NCBI RefSeq assembly: GCF_006345805.1
Contig: NC_042999.1
Location: 169,322,001-169,386,000 of the forward strand
Direction of reading: 5' to 3'
Source: Octopus sinensis
Lineage: Eukaryota
DNA length: 64,000 bases
The notes under the pieces are model-generated. The model was not told the DNA's origin and did not search any database. It saw only the letters and a list, made by a program, of their open reading frames with translations. Position numbers and translations under genes: made by a program. Shown here piece by piece: positions 53,691 to 64,000 of this stretch (positions within the stretch are counted from its first letter, which is position 1; each line of letters starts with the position of its first letter).

Positions 53691-54453
53691 TTTCTGGCAT
53701 TTAGCTTGATTGTTGTTGTTGTTGTTGTTGCTGTTGCTGTTGCTGTTGTTGTTGTTGATGATGATGATTACTTACTCTTTGTGTTTGTTTGTGGAATGTC
53801 ACTTGGTATTGTTTTGTTTCTTCATTTGTGGAGCATGTTTTTGTGCATGTCAGGTAAACATTGTTTACACAGTTTATAAATATTTCATGTGTATTTCATG
53901 TATGCATAAACAGTTGGATATATACATAATTAATCTATGTACTTACTGTGCATATAGCAGTTTTTTATCCTTTTTCATCATTATCATCATCATCATCATC
54001 ACTGTTATTATTATTATTATTATTATGGTTGGCATTCTTGCAAGCTACACTTAACTTTGTCTCCCCAAAGTTTGTTTACAAACAGTCACCTTCATAGTAA
54101 CTGTTTTTCTGTTCAATACTTCTATAATTGTGGAAAAGAAGTGATTCATTAACTGCTGGTTAGTTCCTTTTTGTATAAAGCCCTTTGTTTCTTGGGGAAC
54201 TTTTCAATATAAATTTGGCCTCCAGTTGGAAAAGTTTGTTTTTGCTGTAAAAATTTCATTATGGATTCAGTCAACTGGAAAAAAAGTACATCACTGAAAG
54301 ATGGGGAGAGATTGAAAAGAATACCAATGATCTTGTGAAAAAGGGTGAGAGTGGCACACTAAGCAGTGTTACTGAATGCAACATATCTGTCATCACCAAC
54401 ATGTTTCACTGTTTTGAACAAAGCAACAGTGAGTTGATTGCATTACTTAATTG

Positions 54454-54489
<36 letters not shown>

Positions 54490-54500
<11 letters not shown>

Positions 54501-56100
54501 AATTGAGATAGGGGTTGTAAATGCAACCCTCCATGGGATAACATATATCCAATATACTGCTAGAGAAGTACCCAACAAAGTTAATACATAAATGTTAAGA
54601 ATTGCGATGCAATTAATTCATTTACTGTATTATATGGGCAAAGGTAAAATGTTTTACCACAAATTCATAATACAAAATAAGAAAATGGAGAAATACATCC
54701 AAATCAAATATCAATTACCAGATAATACCCAATCACATACTTTATTAAACCACCACATAAGAAACTTTAAGGTCAAACATAATAATATAGAACAAAACAG
54801 TGTTAGAGATAAAACCACTATTATGCAACTCAAACAGTGATAGACATAAACCAATACATAAATAACAAATAATATATATAATTAATATAATATAATATAA
54901 TATAATATAATATAATATAATATAATATATATATATATATTGGTTTTTGTTTTCAAAAATTAGTTAATGACACAGTTTTTGAAAGCTAAGTAAACATTTT
55001 CTATTTAAGATATTTTAAGAAGTTTTATTGCATTGTATTATATACTATATAACTACTGATTGTTAATTTGATTCTATAATTATTTAGTTGTTGATGATAT
55101 GAATTTAATTATTAGATTATAACTACGTAATTTGTAAGATATTACTTAGTCACTAGGTATATAGATCGTAAAATAGTTATACGGTTCTTTTAAGATAGGT
55201 TATATGTTTTTTATTTGATTTTTAATCTTTAATTTTTAAATGTATTTCATAACTATATTATATTGATATTTATAATATTTATGTAAGTAATAATGGACTA
55301 AATAATTTATTTATTTTTCATTATATGTCTATGTATTTATTGATAGAGTAAATTTTAGATTTTAATTACTACATTTGTTGATTATAATTTAGTTACTTAT
55401 TTTTAAATATTTTATAATTATTAGAAGTGAACTTAAATCTAAAAATATGAATAGTGATTATTTTGTTAAATAATTTGGTAATTAAATATTGGACTATAAC
55501 TGAGTTAAGGATATTCGTGAGTTTATTATGTTTTTTTAAAGCCTTATTATATCTTCATTGATAAATACATATTTCTATCTATTTTTTTACCTTAAAAATA
55601 AATATTTAACATAATAAATGGGTTGTAGGAAATAATCCAAAAGTTTTAAGTTTCTAATTTAGATAATGGAGTTTTTTCTATAAGAAAAATTATTATTTTA
55701 TTTATTTCTTAAATAAATATTGTTTAACTCTATTTGCTTATTTATTTAACTATTATCATTAACCTGAATATTGACTATAATTTTAGTTCGAATTTATTTC
55801 AATTGAATTTAAACTTAATTGTAATTAGAATTTAATTATAGCCATGAAATGTACGTAGTGTTTTTACTTATTATATTATATTTATCATCCATTTTATACT
55901 TTTTGAAAAAAAAAAAATATATATATTATATATATATTATATTAATTATATATATTATTTTTTATTTATGTATTGGTTTATGTCTATCACTGTTTCAGTT
56001 GCCTAATAGTGGTTTTATTTCTAATTCATATTTTATATATTTATACTGTGAAATTTGATTTAATACTAAATTGAATTTTTCCCTGTAAGTTTGGAGCCAT
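54490..56100. other. Extremely AT-rich, strand-asymmetric block with ~80-bp inverted repeat
   Basis: 54800-54880 is the reverse complement of 55945-56025; A-rich half then T-rich half; TA repeats at the junctions. Confidence 0.55.
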
Positions 56101-56109
56101 ACTCCCTAA

Positions 56110-56152
<43 letters not shown>

Positions 56153-56215
56153 ATATTTATTTATGGAAAAAAAGTAAAGATAGAAAATGCTAAGATAATT
56201 TTATAAAAAACATTT

Positions 56216-56251
56216 CAGTACCGATTTCAGTCGTTGAGACCTTTTCAACTG
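56216..56251 (-). ncRNA. Minimal hammerhead with U3-A8 core
   Basis: CAG-TTGAAAA-GGTC-tcaac-GACT-GAAAT-CG-GTA-CTG next to (TAT)n. Confidence 0.55.
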
Positions 56252-56419
56252 TATCAATTAAATAATTAAATTTAGAAAAATTAAAAGAAAAGTTTTTTTA
56301 AAAGAATATTTGCATAGTGTTCAAATACAAGTGGCATTTTCCTTGTTTCTGCCTGTCTCTGTCTCTCTTGTTTACTCTTGTGGGTTCGAGGCATGTAAGT
56401 CAGAGAAAGAAGAAAAAAA

Positions 56420-56960
56420 AAAAAGTGATCACTCACCTTGATTTTTGAGAAGCCCAGGTATTCTGGACCTCTCTTTAGATTAATGTTTTTTAAATAGCCC
56501 TTCTCAGAGTCTTTTATCTACAGTTGTTCTTTAAAGTCCCTACACTAGATGGGAAGTTTTCCTGTATTGTTACTAGAAGTTGAACATATTCTTACTGGCA
56601 TGCAAAGACAACTGGAACCAGATTAGTGAACTTGTTAAGCAAAAGATGTCAAGGATGATCCTCAACAACTGGTGGTGGGGCACTCAAAGAGAGTGTTTTA
56701 GAGTAGAATTGATAGTGTTTGGGAAAGAGCTAGCAATACAAAGAAATAGATTAGAGGGAGAACTAGTTAGAAAACTAGAAGAGGTGATTAGTAAAGGCAT
56801 CATGATCAACATGCTAGTGGTGAGAATGGCCCTTGGTCATTTCTTCAAGGTGAAACATGAAGGCTGCATTGTCAGTGCTAAGGCTTGTGTGCTCAAACAT
56901 GAAGGAACTAAAGTCGTCTGATGGGCCCGAACATTAATTTGGTGTGGATGGGTAATGTCA
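56420..56960 (+). mobile_element. Tx1/L1-clade LINE ORF2 remnant
   Basis: NNWW..........FGKEL..QRNRLEGELVRKLEE...KHEGCIV.AKA.VLKHEG resembles the post-endonuclease linker; weak. Confidence 0.5.
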
Positions 56961-57415
56961 AATGATTCAATCACAACATATATTTAAATTAAACATGAAA
57001 AACATTGAAATATTATCATCACTTACATGGAAAAATTGGAATATTATCTTTCAGTATTTTATAAGTTCAAATCTTAAATTATTAATTGACTTATTATTAT
57101 CTTATGGTAGCAATACAGCAGGAAAATTCAGTTTGATAAAACTCACCTTAGCTATTTCCATGGAATTTGAAGCTATTAATGATACTTTTATCAGATACAT
57201 AGTAGCCTCTTTCTACTAATGGCAGTGAACTGGAGCTCTTCATGATAATTATTTATATTATTGCTTCAAATCTTTGTATATCTATGTCTGTCTAAAACAG
57301 AGCACCTGTGAAAGAATACAAACTGTTGAACCGTTTGACTGGTTGATTTGATGTACCGAACATATTGTTATAATCTACTTATGATCTGAAAATATAAAAT
57401 ACTGGACAATATATA

Positions 57416-58114
57416 TTAGGTAGAGTGTTTTTTCATGATTTTCGATTTTGTGATGGGGGGTAGTACGGAAAAGTTGTGAATGAACATCAAAATAACTGGT
57501 GTAAAATCTTAGAACTCTGCAACAATATCTTCTGTCACCTCAAAATGTATTGAAAAATGGGGGAAAGGGAAAAAATGCCTCTACTTACTTATTAGCTATA
57601 AAATACAGTTTTTCATTGCATCTTCTTCAGGTAGCTTTTCAATGACTGTGATGAAATTACTCTAAAATACGACTTCAATATGTTTTTTTCGGTGACTTCA
57701 TCTTCTGCCTTCTCAAATGCCTCCAAAATCTGCAAAAATATCATAAATATTGTAATTCATCAAATTCAGAAAATTTTTCATGTAGATATAAATTACAGTA
57801 CATCCCCGTCATCTCCTTGTGGAGGCAGAAGATGAAGTCAGTGGAAAAAACATGTTTAAGTTGTATTTTAGCATAATTTCATTGCAGTCATTTAAAAGCT
57901 GCCCAAAGACACAATGAAAACTGTATTTTATAGCGAATAAAAAAGTAGAGGCATTTCTCCCCACCCTTTTTCCATTTTTCAATTCATTTGTGGTGACAGA
58001 AGATATTGTTACAGAGATCTAAGGTTTTACATGTGTTATTTTGATGTCCATTCACAACTTCTCCATGCTAACCCCATCATGAAATCAAAATTCGTGAAAA
58101 ACCACTCCACCCTA

Positions 58115-58115
<1 letters not shown>
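57416..58115. mobile_element. 700-bp MITE with ~300-bp terminal inverted repeats
   Basis: ttagg(g)t.gagtg..tttttca.ga.ttt.gattt...acttcatcttctgcct mirrored; TA at both flanks. Confidence 0.9.
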
Positions 58116-58165
<50 letters not shown>

Positions 58166-58338
58166 GTCACTTCCAGAGCATTAAATTAATACATCTGTTT
58201 GTTGTCTACACCACATGTCTTCATCTTTTGTTTTCTTGTGAATTATCTCTCTATATATATGTATATGTATATATATATATATGTGTGTATATATATATAT
58301 ACATATATATATAGAGAGATATATATATTTATATATAT

Positions 58339-58375
<37 letters not shown>

Positions 58376-58403
58376 CATACATACATATATGTATATATAT
58401 ATA

Positions 58404-58463
<60 letters not shown>

Positions 58464-58499
58464 TGTGTATATATACATATATATATGTGTGTGTGTGTA

Positions 58500-58786
58500 T
58501 ATATATTTCCACTTTTTCCTCGTCCTCTTTTTCCTTTCTTCTTCTACTTCCACTTCTCCACTTGTGTCGCTACCACTTACACCTGACCGTGTGTGTACCT
58601 TGGCGTTTTTTTTTCCTCTGTCCTCCCTTCTCTGGATCTTTCCTTCTCCTATGTTTCCGACGAAGAGCTCAGCCCGAAACGTTAAACCCTCCTTCTTTCC
58701 TTCTTTCCTGAGCGTCCAATAATACTATATTTGTTCCACGTCCTCACGTTGTTGTGTTTTTTTGTGCTTTCTTGGTTGGATTAACT

Positions 58787-58790
<4 letters not shown>
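58500..58790 (+). mobile_element. Second copy of the TA-embedded hammerhead element (motif 58653-58687)
   Basis: GTTT-CCGACGA-A-GAGC-tca-GCCC-GAAAC-GTT-AAAC. Confidence 0.75.
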
Positions 58791-58844
<54 letters not shown>

Positions 58845-59311
58845 ATATGTGTGTGTGTGTGTGTGTGTGTGTACATATATATATATATAGGTGAGGTTAA
58901 GAGATTTTATGGCTAGAAGAAATATTTCAATTTTAATTATTGACTTTAAGTATGTCTATTAAATACAAGCATAGTGCCACTATAATACTCAATCCCCCCA
59001 GTGCAATATGATATGCTTTTTAATTCTTCAGAGACAAAGCCTACACTGAAGAACATTGAATTATTTTTACAATATACAATAAATAAGAGTGATATTGTTA
59101 AAAATTCTGTGAAGCTCATTTGAATCTCTTTCTCTTTCTAACACAAGCGATAGGCTGGTATATTGGCCCAATTGGTTTTGGAGAGTTAAGCAAGCTATTT
59201 AGTGTTAGAAAGGATTCAAACATTGTTTCCTGGAATAAAAGGAATAGAGGTTGCTATTACCCATGAAAATATTAAGTTATGTAGTATAACAATATGTATA
59301 GTGTTTTGCAG

Positions 59312-59336
59312 GACGGTAATAAATACCTGACCAAAG
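59312..59336 (+). CDS. Candidate 25-nt microexon (DGNKYLTK)
   Basis: tgttttgcAG acceptor, AAG|GTGAGC donor, only one open frame. Confidence 0.3.
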
Positions 59337-59454
59337 GTGAGCCTTCTAAATGCCATCACTGAGAAAGACACTTTGCACCATATGGCTTTGTACAGACAAA
59401 GTTTGGAATCATTAGTATATTTTTAATGAGTGTCTGCCTATGTGGCTGCGTGAA

Positions 59455-59765
59455 GGGACAGGCATGGCTGTGTGGTAAGAAGTTTGCTTCCCAACCACAT
59501 GGTTCCAGGTTCAGTCCCACTGAGTGACACTTTGGGGAATTGTGTTTTACTATCGCCTTCGGTGGACCAAAGTCTTGTGAATGGATTTGCTAGATGGAAA
59601 CCAAAGGAAGACCAATGGATGTGGCATTGATGTGTTTATGTCCTATTAACTTAGTGGTTCAGCAAAAGAAACCAGTAGAATAAATACCTGAATAAATTTG
59701 TTTAACTAAAATTCTTCACGGCAGTGGCCCCAACATGACTGCCATCTAATGACTGAAACAAAAAA
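59455..59765 (+). mobile_element. SINE family A, old copy
   Basis: ggcatggctgtgtggtaagaagtttgcttcccaaccacatggttcc... Confidence 0.8.
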
Positions 59766-60543
59766 TACAAGATAATCATGATTTTGAAGGGTATTTAATT
59801 GAATAGATATACCTTTATATATTGGTATGTTATGCTTGTGTTGATCAGTTGACATCACACAAAATAATTTATGGTGAGATTAATGAAGAGCTATATTTAG
59901 ATATGAACACTTTAGAATAGGTAGTCTCAGGTGGGTTAGTATTAAATTATAGAGCACCCTTTGTGTATGTAAAGGGAAAACATTTACACATTATGATGGC
60001 TTTTTTTTTTTTCTGCATACCATCCATTAAAATTTTTAATTTGTTGGAGCATTGGAGAGTGACTCAGAAAGACATGGAAATTGATAAATGAAGACAAATA
60101 AGTATAATTTACATGGATTACAACCATCAAGTTTCAGGATAACAGAGGTCATCATGGTTTTGGTAGGAGAAACACGGCACTACATATCTGAAACCAGGTG
60201 GTTGGAGGATGTCAGTAACAGAAGTTTTACTGATGTATTAAATAGCAATCTTTCCAGTTTTGGTAAATTTTGCCAGCTTATATTACTATTTATATTTAAA
60301 TAATCCCATTTATTAACTGTTTGTGTTTTGCTTTATACACCTGGCATGAGGTGTGGAATATTTATTTACATCTTTTTTGTCTTGTACCTTTCTTCACTCT
60401 GTTAGCATGGACTGTAACTGCTTTTTTTTTCTTACCTCTATTTTTTCTACTGATATATTGTACCATACATATGTATACACTCACTCAATTAGATATAAAA
60501 AAATGTTTGTACATCTGTACCTTGATACTTGTGTGTGTATATA

Positions 60544-60591
60544 TGTACTTCAATTTGTACTTCAATGTGTACTTCAATGTGTACTTCAATT
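60544..60591. repeat. 12-bp minisatellite TGTACTTCAAT(G/T) x4
   Basis: Directly visible. Confidence 0.9.
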
Positions 60592-60899
60592 TTGTGTGTG
60601 TGTACATATATACATGTGTATGTGTGTCTGTACACACATTCACACTTCAGATATGTACATACTGGTATCTTAGTGTGATTTTGTCAATACATATATGTGT
60701 ATGAATAAGAATATACATATATGTCGGCACACACATATGTAGGTATGTATTTATTAAAAAAAAAAACTATTGCATTGCTTGTACAAAAGTAGTTTCTCTA
60801 CACAGTTTTTGACATCTATGTAGAGAAAGAAAGAAAACTGATTTTGAAGATCATTACATTTTTCAAAAAATATATCCTCTTTGAATTCATGCAGTGTGG

Positions 60900-60931
<32 letters not shown>

Positions 60932-61044
60932 TTTATTAATACAAGTATTATTAATACCATTATATGTATTAATAATTTTTACTGAGTTTTTTTTTACGCT
61001 AGGCCACTTGAATTAATATTCAATTTTTGTCACCCTTATTGTGA

Positions 61045-61105
<61 letters not shown>

Positions 61106-61409
61106 CTGCCTATATCCCTGATGCAAAAACATTAATTACACGTACCTGCATGTCACCTTGCAATGATTGTTGCTATATTCTCATTAGTATTCTTATATAT
61201 TATTCTATTTCTTCACATTTTAATTCCTGCATGACTGTCAAAAAGAATGTCTTTGACATTTTATCCTATTAGTCATTATTGTATATTTCCTATTTTCTGC
61301 ATACAGAGTGTGTCAGTTTTTTTTTATCATTTGTATGAATTTAGAAAAAGACCCATAACTCATCAAAGAGATGAAAGCAAATTGGTACAAATAATGTTGG
61401 GGATCATTC

Positions 61410-62400
61410 TATCACACCCATTCCATGAATCCAGCATCAACATTAATGGCTGCTTTAATATGGGGTTAGAAGTGTTGACATGCCTAAATCAGACAATCTT
61501 TATAAATTTCATACATAGTGCTGGTTATGCCGCACTTGTTAGATTGTATGATGTTATGGGGGTGTTGATTGACCTCTCTCTCAGCTATGCTCCAAATGTA
61601 ATAGTCCAGTGGATTGAGGTCTGGTAAACTAGGAGGACTTGTGCCTGGGAGAACATATTCATGGAAATTGACATGCTTTCACACTAGAGTTGTTCTAGCC
61701 TTATGAGATGGTGCAGAGTTTTCTTGGAAGATAAACAGTCTTCTGTTGTGTACTCTGTCTATCCAGGGCCTCACAACTTTTTCCAACACATCTGTGTAGA
61801 CAGTGGCATTGGCTCTTAAACCCTGTGAAGAAAAGAGAGGAGGCATAACATCTTCCCATTACTGATGACTCTCAGAACCATCACAGTTGCTGGGAACTTA
61901 GTATGCATGACCATTGGAACCTCATTCAGGACTCTGTATAGCCATCCATCATTCCTTTGGTTTACCTTTTGGTCCTGATTAAAGTTTTCTTGTCAGAGAA
62001 AAATCAATGCATTCCAGCCTCTTGGCATTTCAACTTGTTTCGAAAGCACTTTGCTCAGATCAAACAATCTTTTCTTGTCACATCCAACATAAACTGACTC
62101 CTCTGCATCACACACAATTTGTACTGGATGTCTTTATGCACAACCCTTCTAATGAAACCTTGAGGTCCTTTGCAATGGCTCTAATTGAGTTTTTGTTCTG
62201 GTGATATTAGGACCCTGTGCATACATTTTACATTTAGCTGCTGATGTTGGGTCTCCATCAACAGCCTCCAGCTCATTTTGAAATTTGACAAAGAAAGAAT
62301 GGGCAACTTTCAGGAAGCAAGCTAGCTTTGTATCACTATTGCTTTTAGAGCAACAATTAAAGAATGCCTTTTCATTTGCTGATGTCTAACATTTTTTATT
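61410..62400 (-). mobile_element. Degenerate Tc1/mariner transposase (DD37D/maT-like)
   Basis: FFSDKK, KFPATVMVL.VIS.G.DVMPP, FQENSAPSHKA, PDLNPLDYYIWS, AGFME; related to 1449-2190. Confidence 0.85.
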
Positions 62401-62864
62401 CAAAAAGTAAAGTAAAAAAAAAGTGAGAAGAAAGCTAGAGCTCTTAAAAGAGTTGTCCTCAAAAAACTGATGCAACCTGTTCAATGATAGCATGCTTTTT
62501 CTGTCTTTTTTTTTTTTTGACATTATCTTTTTGTTATTTGTTGGAGCATATATTTTTAGAGTTAGGTGGATGTCTTTTCCTGACTAATTAGTTTATGTAC
62601 AAATGTTCTAAAACTATGAGGCTTATTTCGGAAGAAACACTGTTCAATGTTTGTCAAATTAGAATACACCAGGAAGGGAACCTCTGTGAAGTCACTTTAT
62701 CTGTTTGATATAGGAGCCAGTTTCCTTTAGAAAAGTTGCTAGCATCCTTGAGATACTAATCAAATGTTGAATTTTTTACCAAACTGATATACTGCTTCTA
62801 CACATCTTGAGTGCTGGAGATTCTTTTAACTGTTTCTGTGCTAGTGAACTACTCTCTTGCACAG

Positions 62865-62896
62865 CTGACCTGGATTGTCCAGTTGCAATTCTAATT
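62865..62896 (+). CDS. Candidate 32-nt microexon (xDLDCPVAILI)
   Basis: ctctcttgcacAG acceptor, ATT|GTAAGA donor, single open frame, phase-compatible with 59312-59336. Confidence 0.25.
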
Positions 62897-63151
62897 GTAA
62901 GAAACGTTGAATCTCAACCATTCAGTTTTATGTCAAGTCCAACTTAAATTTTAAAATGTGATAATGTAACAAAATGGAACAAAAAAAATTAAAATGAGTA
63001 ATAGTATAAATAAATAAAACATCTCTTTATTAATACATGCTCCAACTATATATGTGAAATTCTTGATATTTACAGAAATATCCAATGCAACCTAGCATGA
63101 AATTTTGATAAAAACAATTATTTAATAAGTTTGAATTAAAAAAGTACTTTC

Positions 63152-63214
<63 letters not shown>

Positions 63215-63279
63215 AAAAACGGTAAGATAGGAAAAGAAATAAAGAGACCTCAATATTATGTAAATAGAGGAAATTTATC

Positions 63280-63807
63280 TATAAAATAATATGTTACAAT
63301 TACTCAATAGTCAAGATAAAACTCTTAGTTTCAGATGCCGAAGTGGAAATCCACAACACCATCTCTTTGGTTATCTGGCCACCTGAAAAAACGCTATGAA
63401 AAAATACCGTTTTATAAAGGGAAATTACTGTGTTATAATTCTGCTACTTTTATAAAATAAGATTAAAATTTCATAGTCTAGTCATACACTCATATATGCA
63501 TATATATTTGGCGAAAAATGCGAGTTAAGATATGTACGTTTTCATAGTGACGTATAAGTACGCACGTGGGTCCGCGAGCGCACATGTGAGTGTATGAGTA
63601 GCCATGTTTTACGTGTTTACTATGAACTTTTAACCTTAATTTATATAAGTAGTGGAATTATAACACAGTAATTTCCCTTTATATAACGGTATTTTTTCAT
63701 AGCGTTTTTTCAGATGGCCAGATAACCGAAGAGATGGTGGTGTGGATTTCCACTTTGGCATCTGAAACTCAGAGTTTTATCTTGACTATTGAGTGATTGT
63801 AACATAT

Positions 63808-63816
<9 letters not shown>
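63280..63816. mobile_element. Foldback/MITE element with ~200-bp arms and CpG-rich spacer
   Basis: tataaaataatatgttacaat...gttataatt mirrored at ~63620-63816, high identity. Confidence 0.9.
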
Positions 63817-63845
<29 letters not shown>

Positions 63846-63967
63846 ACGTCATTCAAAGGCTAAAACAATGCAAACACATTGTGACCAGCGATGTGTAACT
63901 ACATCTGATAGCCTGGTCGGTCACGGTGATCACGGTGATATATATATATTATATATAATTATATATA

Positions 63968-64000
<33 letters not shown>

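Noticed and set aside
54950-55950. Mitochondrial insertion (NUMT), also considered for 15400-16600
   Set aside because: AT-richness fits, but I could not recognise any mitochondrial protein, tRNA or rRNA motif; needs BLASTN.
60544-60591. CRISPR-like array
   Set aside because: 12-bp head-to-tail minisatellite without spacers in eukaryotic DNA.

Overview
Repeat-dominated, AT-rich eukaryotic non-coding DNA, most likely an octopus intron or intergenic region. That assignment is inferred from the (TA)n/(TG)n load and the SINE/RTE repertoire, not from a database search. No intact protein-coding gene, true tRNA/rRNA gene or CRISPR array is supportable; a few short splice-bounded exon candidates are listed at low confidence. 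The window holds remnants of RTE, CR1, Tx1 and R4/Dong-like LINEs, Penelope-like (GIY-YIG) pieces, Tc1/mariner and other DNA transposons, a non-autonomous Helitron, several SINE families and many long inverted repeats. The most notable signal is a set of minimal type-I hammerhead ribozyme motifs in at least six unrelated short non-coding elements, all with the palindromic stem III known from Penelope-like elements. One is fused to a tRNA-type Pol III head in a head-to-head palindrome, one caps a long hairpin, and one shows U3-A8 core covariation. All alignments and folds were done by eye and most repeat boundaries are approximate.
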